DNA from: a candidate division WOR-3 bacterium
Lineage (GTDB): Bacteria; Hydrothermota; Tepidihabitantia; Tepidihabitantales; Tepidihabitantaceae
Length of the DNA stretch: 64,000 bases
Assembly: GCA_965649295.1 (NCBI GenBank)
Contig: CBFGKH010000009.1
Coordinates: 32,001-96,000 of the forward strand
Direction of reading: 5' to 3'
The position numbers and the translations under genes were made by a program. Below, in pieces: positions 40,701-50,029 of the stretch. The first letter of the stretch is position 1. Every line of letters starts with the position of its first letter. The notes beneath the pieces were generated by a model that was not told the origin of the DNA, searched no databases, and saw only the letters and a program-made list of their open reading frames with translations.

Positions 40701-41553
40701 AGAGGCAGGCCGGGGCCGAGGCCGTATCGAACACGGGATGGTCGCTTTTCGGACCATGCTGCCCTTGGGGATTCCGCTCGACACCGTCTTTGTGGCGGAC
40801 GGCTACTATGCGCCGGTTGTTCGGTCATGCCGAGTTGGGATCGTCACTGCTGAGCGGATATGGCGCAACGACACAATTGAATTCGCGTTGGACACTGCCC
40901 CGAGTGAGGACACGGCTGGTCCAACGGTCGAACTGCGTTGTAACGGTACCCGGCTGACCGACGGTGCAACCGTGCCCCGGGACTTCACCCTTGAGGTCGT
41001 ACTGACCGACACGAGTGGCGTGCTCGGCGCGGCGACACCGTTTGGTGCGGTGACGCTGACCATCGGTGCTGCTGCGCCGATTGATGTGACGGATCGGCTC
41101 GCGTTCGGTGACTCGTACCGGCATGCGACCTTGACGGTACCGGTCAGTCTAGCCCAGGACTCGACCCGAATCACGCTCGTAGCCTGTGACAATGCCTTGA
41201 ACAGAACCACGACTAGCGTTGTGGTGAGAAGCAGCAGTGTTGCCGAGTTGAAGCTCGACTCGCTACTGCTCTTTCCCAATCCGGCCCGCTATTCGACGAG
41301 TCTCTTCTTCTGGTCCAGCCGACCAGCGGTAGCCCGTTTCCGCGTCCATACCCTTTCCGGCCGGCTCGTCTTTGACTCTGGTACTCGGGCGGTGCGTGCC
41401 GGGCACAACCAACTGGACTGGCACGGCCGTGACCAGCAGGGCAATATCGTACCGGCTGGTGTTTACCTTGTTTCCTTGCGGCTGACCAGTTCAGCTCCAG
41501 ACCGACAGTCGCGCACGACGACCGCTTGCGAGCGACTAATAGTCCGTCGCTAG
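37699..41553 (+). CDS. PorU-like C25 (gingipain family) sortase with FlgD/T9SS C-terminal domain
   Basis: Signal peptide; W.RI.I...GLY.IT..DL; YVLLVGDA; GRV; LADD; catalytic FGHG and GSC; FFGDPA; FPNP...SGRLV...W.GRD..G...PAGVY; PorV homologue downstream. Confidence 0.8.
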   Translation: MAARSWLCLLIGLAVATAASGEPKVQVLGSDRTGFSCRVEFGEPVLVARGQASRVELDGCDNVAEPGCFDLPSKTICVGLPQSGGYRLEVVARDTYSLSAVVARVPRCSWEDEWDGQGPAASAREGGAAESSGAATEKCGQSGWVVAGAISCRRGIRFVPLTLRPVQYDAGQRTVQVARSLELRVCFEQQPVELSVTDPLTAVVGNWLLNGTVAAAWRVVEMGANPNPFARSANWLRIRIDSTGLYGITGRDLAAAGLSLSGLAVSTLALYRPQGADHGASFDSLVPVPIHVDDGGDGRFDADDVIVFWGIGASHWTALQAEYVTNLYSNQSAYWLTWNGAAGARMPAGLGPDSIGARRVTTGLGRARIEKDLICPARSGLLWLWQQLYKPREQLEALFQTDIRLVAPSRLLGIAGRLLADSSGNTVSVKLNGRQVGTLVFNEATPGRPFLFSLAADLPLDFSSNSIELSLRGNGGKRLWVDYFEFEYEKRLTLECGQLFFVTTDTGLCRYVLRGVSALPYVVNTTVPERPLLITEPLWQGDSLAFCHRAGQANEFAVATRSQLRRPSEIRRCQPGRLRDRLVAADYWIIAPSAQFAAAERLARYRTGNVPGISNARVAVAVLEEVYDDYGGGNESPWAVKNFIADKQPSYVLLVGDATCDYRGLLGPRPAGVPAWEYGYGLNPDAYDRTVMAFDAWYADFEGDGGSPDAILGRVTTRDGTELSQYVSRIIEYESRPTGYWQRRFLLLADDEFEGSVSRPDPIGFGHIAYCEAMAALADNTLEPVKVYLTEYPYVGVKNKPGAHAALMRELGRGGLVLVFFGHGAGHDLTHESVLNITHTSSIRNEGRSPVCFFGSCSVGRFDDWLFECIAEDIVRQGGAIAAVAATKATTSGSNQVFCRQFLTPLFSWPDSTVGLSFFLAWPTDRIYHFFGDPALRLRLPTVATAPVTVRPSVAQPLLELSCRAVLDTSAGEYEWRFFGPRRSRLYRSTQGQVIYLLAGTEAGRGRGRIEHGMVAFRTMLPLGIPLDTVFVADGYYAPVVRSCRVGIVTAERIWRNDTIEFALDTAPSEDTAGPTVELRCNGTRLTDGATVPRDFTLEVVLTDTSGVLGAATPFGAVTLTIGAAAPIDVTDRLAFGDSYRHATLTVPVSLAQDSTRITLVACDNALNRTTTSVVVRSSSVAELKLDSLLLFPNPARYSTSLFFWSSRPAVARFRVHTLSGRLVFDSGTRAVRAGHNQLDWHGRDQQGNIVPAGVYLVSLRLTSSAPDRQSRTTTACERLIVRR

Positions 41554-42156
41554 TGAGCGCCGGAGTGCAGTTGGGTAGCTCCGGCCGCTCCTTCCCAGGA
41601 CAGCCAGATAACATCGCCGGGAAGACCAGGCAAGGGGTGGGTAGCGGTGCTGGCAAAGGCTCTGCTCAAGCCCGGTCCCAGTAATCACGATAACAGATTG
41701 TTAGACAGAGGGTTAGATGCTGGAGTTTAGGCACTGCCAAAGAACAGAGCAGAGGCAGGTCGAAACAGTAGGGCAGAGGGACAAGAAGAGAAATCGGCCA
41801 AGGCTAGAAGATAGGCCGGGTAAGAGTTCTTGCTGCTGGCTTTGGTCAAGTCTGCGGGTTAGGCTGCGGAGAACGGTGGAGGTAAGGGCTAGGGGGACGG
41901 CCACTGGGTGGCCCAGGGGACGGGAATTGCCGGGTTGGTGGCTTGCGAGCGTATGTATAGCCGGAGCAAGGATGGGTAGTGGAAGTCGCCGGCCGCCAGC
42001 CAGGCAAGAGAACAGGCCAGCGAGTTGGCCAGGACAAGGGAGATTCGCGGTGCAGGCCGAGCAGTTGGCAGGAAGAGGTGCAGAGCTGGCAGAGGCGACG
42101 CTGGTCAGGAGTGCGGCCGCTGACCGGTCTGTCTGCCGCGCTTGGGCTCGGCTAGC

Positions 42157-42185
42157 TTGACGCTTGTGATACTGAGTTCTATAAT
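42157..42185 (+). promoter_or_regulatory. Near-consensus sigma70 promoter for the porV-like/purA unit
   Basis: TTGACG-N17-TATAAT. Confidence 0.75.
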
Positions 42186-42190
42186 CAACC

Positions 42191-43366
42191 ATGCCCCAAA
42201 GTCAGAATAGTCCTTTTGGCAAGAGCCCGATGCCACTCCTTTCGCGGAGCGGCTTGATTGTGAGAGTCCTTGGCTTGGTTATGGTCGTTGTTGCCATTGC
42301 TGGTGCCGGCCAGAACCCGGGGGCAGTGTTTCTCATGATCTGGCCGGCGGCCCGGCCCACATCGCTTGGCGGTGCTTTTACCGCTATCGCCGACGACGCG
42401 AGCACGGTTTTCTATAATCCCGGCGGCATGGCTTTCCTGCCCCGGACAAATGCAACGTTGATGCACTGCAACTGGCTGCCCGGGCTTTATCCCGGGATGT
42501 ACTACGAATACGCTGGTGTGACGCATAGTCTCGGCAGTCGCGGCAGCGTCGGTGGCAACGTCGTCTATCTGACGACTGGCGAAACCGATGTGATAAACGA
42601 GCGCAACGAATTCCTCGGCCGTTACACGACTTTCGATGTGGCGGTTACCGGCTCCTATGGCTACCCAGTGCTGCCCAATCTCGGCTTGGGCGTTGGCGCT
42701 AAGTTTGTCTATTCCTTCTTGGTTCCGGATTGGGTCTGGAGCGTGATGCCGGAGCTTGGCATTGAGGCTGGCGGCACCGGTATCACCTGGGCGCTCGACG
42801 CCGGCGCGCTCTATCGGCCTTTCGACTTTCTCAAAGTCGGAATGTCGCTGGCCAATCTCGGGCCGAACATCTCCTATACCTCGTCAGGGGAATCAGACCC
42901 ACTGCCGCGGATGCTGCGGCTGGGCGTCGCCTACACGCCAGTGGACAATCGGATAGTGAAACTCACGGTCTCTCCCGAGTTTACCAAGATACTGGTCGGC
43001 ATGTTCTACAACCCTGATGGCGACAAGACCCTTGGCCGGATGTTGCAGGAGGAATGGCGCAGCACCTGGCGCAGTTTCGGGGTTGAGGCCTCATTTGTCA
43101 ATCTGATTCATGCTCGGGTTGGCTACTTTGAGGACATTGAAGGTCAGCGCGGCGGCATCGTGCTCGAACGGCCGGGCGAGAATCAGGTTCATTACGGCCT
43201 TGACGAAGTGCTGGTGCGTAAGAATCTGGGGCGGTTCAAGTCCCTTGGCCTCTGTTTCGGGGCTGGCATCGAGTATGCCAAGTTCAAGTTCGACCTGAGC
43301 ATTGACAAGTTGATCTACGACTTTCCGACCGACAACTACAAGTTCTCGCTTTCATACCAATTCTGA
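42191..43366 (+). CDS. PorV-like outer-membrane beta-barrel
   Basis: FLMIWPAARPTSLG, ADDAS.FYNPG, WLP, NLGPNISY, DPLP..LRLG, terminal YQF; true start may be a downstream GTG. Confidence 0.82.
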   Translation: MPQSQNSPFGKSPMPLLSRSGLIVRVLGLVMVVVAIAGAGQNPGAVFLMIWPAARPTSLGGAFTAIADDASTVFYNPGGMAFLPRTNATLMHCNWLPGLYPGMYYEYAGVTHSLGSRGSVGGNVVYLTTGETDVINERNEFLGRYTTFDVAVTGSYGYPVLPNLGLGVGAKFVYSFLVPDWVWSVMPELGIEAGGTGITWALDAGALYRPFDFLKVGMSLANLGPNISYTSSGESDPLPRMLRLGVAYTPVDNRIVKLTVSPEFTKILVGMFYNPDGDKTLGRMLQEEWRSTWRSFGVEASFVNLIHARVGYFEDIEGQRGGIVLERPGENQVHYGLDEVLVRKNLGRFKSLGLCFGAGIEYAKFKFDLSIDKLIYDFPTDNYKFSLSYQF

Positions 43367-43378
43367 GGCCGACTGGCA

Positions 43379-44698
43379 ATGGCTAGTCTGGTTGTTGTCG
43401 GCGCTCAGTGGGGTGACGAGGGCAAGGGCAAGGTGGCCGACTTTCTGGCCACTACCGCCGACATGGTGGTGCGCTTCCAGGGTGGCCCCAATGCCGGGCA
43501 TACCGTGGCGGTGGGTGATTATGAAGTCACATTCCACCAGATTCCTTCGGGAGTGCTCAACCCGGCGGCGAGGTGTCTGATTGGCTGCGGCTGTGTCATA
43601 GACCCCTTGGCCTTCAATCGGGAGCTGGCAGCGCTAGTGCGGCGCGGGCTGCGGCCGAAAGGGAGACTGGCGGTTGACTTCCGCACCCATCTTATTCTTC
43701 CCTACCACGTTCAACTCGATGGCTGTCGCGAAGCCCAGGCGGGTACGTTGCGGATTGGCACAACCGGTCGTGGCATCGGTCCGGCCTACGTTGACAAGTT
43801 CGCCCGCGTCGGCATCAGAGTCGCTGACTTGCTTACCGAGGAGACGTTTCGGGAAAAGCTGCGCGTCAACATCGCGGCTGCGAACTTCTTGCTGATGGAG
43901 CGCTACAAGGCCGAACCTTTGTCGTACAAGCAGACCGTGGCCAGCTACTGGCGCTTGACGCGGCCGCTCGCCAGAATGGCGACCGATGTAAGCCAAGAGG
44001 TTGAAGCGGCCCTGGTCAAAGACCGGCGGGTCCTCTTCGAAGGAGCCCAAGGTATGCACCTCGACATTGACCTTGGCACCTATCCTTATGTCACGGCATC
44101 GTCGTGCTGGGCAGGTGGGGTGGCGCCGGGGGTCGGGATTAGTCCGGTCTGGATTCGGGACGTGCTCGGCGTTGCCAAGGCCTACACGACACGGGTCGGA
44201 CTCGGTCCTTTCCCGACCGAGATGACTGACGAGGAGTCGGCAAGAATCCGGGATATTGGCCACGAGTATGGTGCGACTACTGGCAGGCCGCGACGTTGCG
44301 GCTGGTTTGATGCTCCGGTTGTTCGGGCCGCGGTCCGCTACAACCGACTGATGGGTCTCGTGATAACGAAGCTGGACGTCCTCGACAGTTATCCCGAGAT
44401 TCGGCTATGCCACTCCTATCGAGTCCAGGGTCGTTTGCTAGGCGAGTTCGAGCCCTATCATGCCGGTGTCTATGAGCCGGTCTATAGTGTCATGCCGGGC
44501 TGGCGGGAGCCAACCAGTCAATGTCGTACCTGGCGTTCGCTGCCCCTTGCCTGCCGACGCTATCTGCGGAAGATTGAAGAACTGACCGGCTGCCCGATCA
44601 TTTCGGTTTCGGTTGGTCGGGCGCGCGAACAGACAGTTCTGGTCCAACCCAAGCGACTGAAGTGGTTAGGCGATGGTGCTAGCCAATGCCGCGGTTAG
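43379..44698 (+). CDS. purA: Adenylosuccinate synthetase
   Basis: GAQWGDEGKGK, GGPNAGHT, EGAQG, GATTGRPRRCGW, TKLDVL. Confidence 0.97.
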   Translation: MASLVVVGAQWGDEGKGKVADFLATTADMVVRFQGGPNAGHTVAVGDYEVTFHQIPSGVLNPAARCLIGCGCVIDPLAFNRELAALVRRGLRPKGRLAVDFRTHLILPYHVQLDGCREAQAGTLRIGTTGRGIGPAYVDKFARVGIRVADLLTEETFREKLRVNIAAANFLLMERYKAEPLSYKQTVASYWRLTRPLARMATDVSQEVEAALVKDRRVLFEGAQGMHLDIDLGTYPYVTASSCWAGGVAPGVGISPVWIRDVLGVAKAYTTRVGLGPFPTEMTDEESARIRDIGHEYGATTGRPRRCGWFDAPVVRAAVRYNRLMGLVITKLDVLDSYPEIRLCHSYRVQGRLLGEFEPYHAGVYEPVYSVMPGWREPTSQCRTWRSLPLACRRYLRKIEELTGCPIISVSVGRAREQTVLVQPKRLKWLGDGASQCRG

Positions 44699-44731
44699 AT
44701 GAACGTAAGGTCGAGGACTTAGGAGACTAGC

Positions 44732-45400
44732 TTGGCAGAGATAGCGGTCCTGAAAAGAGTATTGGCGTCCAATGATGCTGTCGCGGCACGGCAGCTTGAG
44801 CTGCTGCAACGGAACGGCATTCTGAGCGTGAACCTGATGTCAGGCCCGGGCGCGGGCAAGACCGCGCTCATTGAGAAGACCCTGGAGAAATTGGCTTCAC
44901 AATTGCGGATTCACGTAATCGAGGGCGACCTCTGCGGCGATATTGACGCGCGGCGGATTGCGGCAAGGGGTGTGCCTTGTACGCAAATCAACACTGAGGG
45001 CGGATGTCACCTCGATGCTGTCAGCTTGGAACCGGTTATTGCCGAACTGCCATTGGACAGGCTCGACCTGCTGCTGATTGAGAATGTCGGGAATCTTGTC
45101 TGTCCGGCTGAGTTTGCCATGCCGGCTCAGCGGAACGTTACATTGCTATCGGTAGCCGAAGGTTCGGACAAACCGATCAAGTATCCGTACATGTTTGCCA
45201 AGTCTGACCTTGTGGTTGTGACCAAGACCGACCTGTTGCCCTACGTGGACTTTGACCTCGCTGCCCTCCGGGATGCGATTGGGAAGCTCAAACCCGGACT
45301 GCGGGTATTGGCTTTGTCGGTGCGGACTGGCGATGGACTGGCAGATTGGCTGGATTGGGTGGTGAAAGAGCGAGCCCTGTTTGCGCGTACGTCGGTCTAG
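44732..45400 (+). CDS. hypB: Hydrogenase nickel incorporation GTPase
   Basis: SGPGAGKT, GCHLD, ENVGNLVCPA, EG.DKP.KYP, TKTDL. Confidence 0.95.
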   Translation: MAEIAVLKRVLASNDAVAARQLELLQRNGILSVNLMSGPGAGKTALIEKTLEKLASQLRIHVIEGDLCGDIDARRIAARGVPCTQINTEGGCHLDAVSLEPVIAELPLDRLDLLLIENVGNLVCPAEFAMPAQRNVTLLSVAEGSDKPIKYPYMFAKSDLVVVTKTDLLPYVDFDLAALRDAIGKLKPGLRVLALSVRTGDGLADWLDWVVKERALFARTSV

Positions 45401-46199
45401 GTTAGCCCTTGCCTGGCGGTTTCTGCTGGGCGGGCTGGCAGCCATTGCTGGTTGCAGTGTTCCGGTCCTGCAGCCATCCCAGCCAGTCTCGGTACTGGCC
45501 GAAACCTACTTGTCTTCGCCGGTAGTTGACATCTGCGTTGATGGCAAGTCAGTGTTGGCACTTGATGTCGGCGGCGGCAGGTTGCTGCGCTTTACTCCTG
45601 AACTACTGCCGGTTGATACGGTTGTTCTGCCCCAACGGGTTGTGAACGCACGCGGGTGTGCTAGCGACCGGGCTTACTTCTATCTCTGGAACGACCACAA
45701 CCTCTACCGGCTGCAGCGAGCAGCCGACAGCCTTGCCCTCTGGCTGGGGAATGTTCGGCTGGCCGGAATCGCTTCCTATGGGGTCGGCGAAGCCCTGGTT
45801 GCCGATGCCCAGCAGGGAGCAGTATTTCTCAAGACAGTTTTCGGAGCGAGCCGTCGCTTCCTCCCGGCCGCCGACCTGCCCCGGCCCGGTCCAATGGCGG
45901 CACTATCGTCCGATGAGTTCTGTGCCCTAAGCGGAACGACACGCCTAGTCTTTTTCAATCGAACCGGCGCTGTCCTGCGCGAAATGAAGCTGCCCACTAG
46001 CTGCAATCTGCTCGCAACCGCCAACGGCAACATCTATGTCGCAAGGAGCGGGGCTGGCGAAGTCTTCCGGCTGGCTGGGGGCAAGTTTCTGAGAATCCTC
46101 TTGCCCGAGGGTGTGAGACCGGAACGGATTGTTGCAATCGAGGATCGGCTCATCGTCCTGACTGCGGGCTGGCGACTGGTTGCGCTGTCGGCCCGCTAG
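45381..46199 (+). CDS. Putative lipoprotein, probable beta-propeller
   Basis: Arg-rich N-terminus, hydrophobic core, lipobox IAGC; repeated short beta-strand blades. Confidence 0.6.
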   Translation: MRVRRSRLALAWRFLLGGLAAIAGCSVPVLQPSQPVSVLAETYLSSPVVDICVDGKSVLALDVGGGRLLRFTPELLPVDTVVLPQRVVNARGCASDRAYFYLWNDHNLYRLQRAADSLALWLGNVRLAGIASYGVGEALVADAQQGAVFLKTVFGASRRFLPAADLPRPGPMAALSSDEFCALSGTTRLVFFNRTGAVLREMKLPTSCNLLATANGNIYVARSGAGEVFRLAGGKFLRILLPEGVRPERIVAIEDRLIVLTAGWRLVALSAR

Positions 46200-46210
46200 T
46201 TCGCGGCGCG

Positions 46211-49200
46211 TTGGTGAACATTTCGGTGCTACTTGTTTTGCTAGCGACTGCCGCTCGTGTTCAACCCGGCGTTCTATGCTCGGTAGTGACGCTAGGTGAT
46301 GGCGTCACTCGTGTCTTTGAGTTCCAGCACTCGCTGGTTGTCGAGGGTTCAGAATCGATCTATCTCGGAGACCGGGTTCTTGACAGTACTGAATACCTCG
46401 TTGACTATCATCGCGGGCTAGTTGTATTGACCAGCGCTCCGCCATTGTGGTCCCTTTTGGTTCTCACCTATCGTAGCCTGCAGCCGCTGCTGGGTAGCAG
46501 CGACAGGGTCTATCAATCGCGGCCGATGGTGGTGGGGATCGCGGCGGCGACCCCTGAGAGCAGTGTCGCAACTGGTTCTGAGGTCACGGTGGTGAGTGAG
46601 GAATCGGCCGAGCCAGGGCTCGTTGTCAGCGGGACCAAGTCACTGGGCGTTTCGTTGGGTTCGGCTGGCGGCATTGAGCAGTCCACGCGGCTGACGGTCA
46701 GCGGCAGAGTCGAGGGCGTTGATGTGGCAGCAGAGCTTAGTGACGCGGCAGTCGGGATCCCAGCGGAAGGAATGTCGCAGCGTGTTGATGAGTTTGACCG
46801 ACTGCTGCTCCAGCTTCGGGGACGGCATTGGCGAGCGACAATGGGCGACATAGACATGATGCTGCCGGCTGGAGGATTTGGTAGTATCAGACGGCGCGTC
46901 GTTGGTGCCCGGGCCGGCGTGGACCTGTTGCGGACAGAGATGACAGCACACTACGCCATGCCCAAAGGCAGGTCAGGCTATCTGGCGATTAGTGGTGAAG
47001 ATGGGGTTCAGGGGCCCTATGTCCTCGCTGTTGAGGGGAGGGAGGCAACGATCGTTGCTGGCAGCGAGCAGGTCTGGCTTGACGGCGAGAAACTCGAGCG
47101 CGGTTGGGACGCCGATTACACCATTGATTACTCAACCGGTGAGGTTTTCTTCACAAGCCGTCGGCAGATTAGTCGGTCTTCACGCATCGAAATCAGCTAC
47201 CAAACTGCCACAACCGATTACGTTCGCTCAAGTGTCGCTGGCACAGCAACTGCCACGTCTGGACCGTTTCGGCTTGGTGTCTTGCTCTTTCGCGAGGAAG
47301 ATGACACCAGGCGGCCGACATTCGGAGAGCTAACCGAATCAGAAAAAAGGCGGCTGGCTTCAGTTACAGCCGATTCCGGTTTTGCCTGGTTTGACGGAGG
47401 AGTCTATGTCGGTCCTGGCAAGGGCGAGTATCAGCGAGACAGCAGCAGTTATCGGTATGTCGGTGCGGGTGCGGGTGAATACCGAGTTACATTCACGGCG
47501 GTCGCTGACTCTGCCGGTGACTATGTCTATGATGACTCGCTGCTGGCCTGGCGCTACGTCGGGGCGGGCCAGGGTAACTATGTTGCCCGCAAGCGCGTCG
47601 CTCTGCCCGAGCGGCGTGAACTGGGTGTGGCAACGGTTGCGCTTAGCCAGGGACTCTGGTCAACGGCAATTGACTTTGGGATAACCGGGGCCCGTCATAA
47701 CCTCTTTTCGACCACGGCTGCGGCGGTTGTGGCCGGGGCGCTCAATGTTGACGTGGTCTGGGGCGACTCGACCCGCAGCATCAGTTATTCGCGCCGAATG
47801 GCTGGCAGAGGATTCAGGTTTCCGGGCGAGACCCCAGAAATTGACTTCCCTTGGCGTTGGGGTGGAATTGGGGCCTCGGCGCGCCAGGCCGGCGATGAGG
47901 TCAAGCTGTTCGTCAGACCGGCTCCCGGGGTTCGGATTCTGGCTGAGGCAGGTAGGCTGCAATGCAGTGATGCGAGTTCGGTTCTGCGTTACTCAGGGAA
48001 TCTCGAACTGGGTGTTGTCAGGTTGTCAGGGACAAGCGTTGGCGCAACGAGTCGAGCCGAGGCGAGCATTGCACCCCGATTGGGTAGCCTTCTGCCGTCA
48101 TTGGGTTGGCGAATTGTTGCCAGTGATACTGGGCGTGAGGATCATCTGCTGACCGGTATCGCTACGAGACAGGCCGGCTTCAACACGGCATTTGATATTG
48201 ACTATTCTTTCGAGAGGTTCAATGCTGACACATCACTGCGTAACGCCGCTACTCTGGCACGCGGTCGGGTTGAGTGGCAGCCAAGTGACGCGTATCGGAC
48301 GACGCTGGCGGCTACGTACAACAGTCGGTCGGCAGTAACCGCGAGCAGCGCCGAGGGAAACCGAGTCGGCATCAGCCTTAGTATCTTCGCGGCACCGCGA
48401 CCGGGTGTCCGGTTTACTTTCGACGGCGAGCAGGCTGGACGCCGCGTGCAGCTACGCGATGAGACTTTCAGTTACGTCGGGACTGGCCGGGGAGCTTACC
48501 GCCGCGATTCAGCTACAGGCCGTTTCTTCCCCGATTCCCTGGGTGGCTACGAACGCGTGCTGGTTCCTTCCGGGCGAACGACACTGGCCCGTGAGTTGAC
48601 GGCCAACGGTTCAATCGAGCTGAGTCAAGTTTGGCCTGTGACCGTGCAAGGTTCGTTCAGTCATCTGGCAACGGTAACCGACACCGGTGTGCTTCGCCGG
48701 TTGCTGGCGATAGATCTAAGAATGGCGCTTGCTGATGCCGATTGGCCCCTGACACCGGCACTTGGCACTGCTTATGACATGACTGAGGATCAGTTGGTAG
48801 CGGCTACAGGGACGTGTTCCCGGCGAGCGCGGGCTTGGGTTGAGGTCTACGGAGAAGAGTTCGGTCCGTTTAGTAGCCGGGTTCGAATTGAAGGCGCGCA
48901 TGAACGAGTTGGAGGAACGATTGCCGAGCGTAATGATGACATCGGTAGAGTCGAGATCAGCCCGGTGCTCCGATTGTTACGTCTAGAACTACCAGTCGGG
49001 ATAGAATGGCGCAGGGTGGAGCTGCCGAGAAGGCATCCGGAGCTAGGTACATTTGGTGTTTGGGCTGTTCGTGCGGGACTGGCTCGGAGTTTATTCATTC
49101 AGGAGCGCGGGCGTGTACGGGGTTCGTTGGAACTGTTGCGAAGGCTGGCGACTATTCCTGTTATGCCATATGAGGTTGCGATGAGCGAACCTACCGGTTG

Positions 49201-49336
49201 GCTGCCCAGCGCCACGATTGAGGCTTCATACGCAATATCGAAGGTCCTATCGGCTTCGGCCCGTTACTCATATCGGAAGCGACCCGACCGGCCGTCTGAG
49301 CACGGATTGGGGGCCGAGCTGCGAGCCGATTTCTAG
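46211..49336 (+). CDS. Large putative outer-membrane beta-barrel protein with SprA-like GSE..DY.IDY..G repeats
   Basis: Signal peptide; two GSE.(I/V).L.G....Y.(V/I)DY..G segments; YVGxGxGxY repeats; long amphipathic strands; terminal Phe. Confidence 0.65.
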   Translation: MVNISVLLVLLATAARVQPGVLCSVVTLGDGVTRVFEFQHSLVVEGSESIYLGDRVLDSTEYLVDYHRGLVVLTSAPPLWSLLVLTYRSLQPLLGSSDRVYQSRPMVVGIAAATPESSVATGSEVTVVSEESAEPGLVVSGTKSLGVSLGSAGGIEQSTRLTVSGRVEGVDVAAELSDAAVGIPAEGMSQRVDEFDRLLLQLRGRHWRATMGDIDMMLPAGGFGSIRRRVVGARAGVDLLRTEMTAHYAMPKGRSGYLAISGEDGVQGPYVLAVEGREATIVAGSEQVWLDGEKLERGWDADYTIDYSTGEVFFTSRRQISRSSRIEISYQTATTDYVRSSVAGTATATSGPFRLGVLLFREEDDTRRPTFGELTESEKRRLASVTADSGFAWFDGGVYVGPGKGEYQRDSSSYRYVGAGAGEYRVTFTAVADSAGDYVYDDSLLAWRYVGAGQGNYVARKRVALPERRELGVATVALSQGLWSTAIDFGITGARHNLFSTTAAAVVAGALNVDVVWGDSTRSISYSRRMAGRGFRFPGETPEIDFPWRWGGIGASARQAGDEVKLFVRPAPGVRILAEAGRLQCSDASSVLRYSGNLELGVVRLSGTSVGATSRAEASIAPRLGSLLPSLGWRIVASDTGREDHLLTGIATRQAGFNTAFDIDYSFERFNADTSLRNAATLARGRVEWQPSDAYRTTLAATYNSRSAVTASSAEGNRVGISLSIFAAPRPGVRFTFDGEQAGRRVQLRDETFSYVGTGRGAYRRDSATGRFFPDSLGGYERVLVPSGRTTLARELTANGSIELSQVWPVTVQGSFSHLATVTDTGVLRRLLAIDLRMALADADWPLTPALGTAYDMTEDQLVAATGTCSRRARAWVEVYGEEFGPFSSRVRIEGAHERVGGTIAERNDDIGRVEISPVLRLLRLELPVGIEWRRVELPRRHPELGTFGVWAVRAGLARSLFIQERGRVRGSLELLRRLATIPVMPYEVAMSEPTGWLPSATIEASYAISKVLSASARYSYRKRPDRPSEHGLGAELRADF

Positions 49337-49429
49337 GATCGCGATTCGGCTTGACAGTATCGGATGCGATTGGGTATCTTCTACTTGTGACAGGTAGTTC
49401 GTCGGTCCAGCCACAGCCAAGAGGAGACG

Positions 49430-50011
49430 GTGATGATGGCAACAAGACATGACTCGGGGCCGCGACCGCTGCGGCGCGGCAAAAAGACTAACCCCATGCA
49501 GCAGTACCTCTTGATCGCCGGAATCTTCGTGGCGCTAATTGTGGTTATGGTGTTGCTGATGACGAGTCGAAAGCCGGCGGCTGCGCCGAGGGTGGCGACG
49601 CGGGTGAAGAGCGAAGAGGGAACAGAGGAGAGCCGCTCGTCGCGGCGTAAGGAAGCGTCTCCCCGCGCTAGTCGAGCACTTCGACGTGAGCGCAAGGATA
49701 AGGAAGAAGTGCGCGAGCAGCGACGTCGTGAGCGCGAGGAGCGGACAATGGTGCGTCGCAACGAGGAACGGTCGAGCAGACGAACCGGTTCCGCTGACTT
49801 GAACTCGCGGGTCCGGACGAGCAGTCCGTATCAGTTGCGGGCGATAATGACCGACGAGAGTGGAGTCCGTTATGCGCTGGTTGGTGACCGTCGATTTCGA
49901 GCTGGCGACGATATCGGTGGGCGCAAGCTCGTTGAGATTGGTGTTGACGAGGTGAAGGTAGATAACGGCATCAGCACATACCCGGTAAAAGTCGGTCAGA
50001 CAATCTACTAG
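49430..50011 (+). CDS. Single-pass membrane protein with Arg/Glu-rich linker and GspB/MshK-like C-terminal domain
   Basis: SD GAGGAG; TM YLLIAGIFVALIVVMVLLM; C-terminal LRAIM......YALVGDRRFRAGDDIGGRKLVEI. Confidence 0.6.
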   Translation: MMMATRHDSGPRPLRRGKKTNPMQQYLLIAGIFVALIVVMVLLMTSRKPAAAPRVATRVKSEEGTEESRSSRRKEASPRASRALRRERKDKEEVREQRRREREERTMVRRNEERSSRRTGSADLNSRVRTSSPYQLRAIMTDESGVRYALVGDRRFRAGDDIGGRKLVEIGVDEVKVDNGISTYPVKVGQTIY

Positions 50012-50029
50012 CGCAGCGGGTCAGACGCG

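Noticed and set aside
41713..42192. Overlapping 147-aa and 159-aa ORFs on opposite strands
   Set aside because: Low-complexity translations, no motifs, mutual overlap and overlap with a strong promoter; likely spurious
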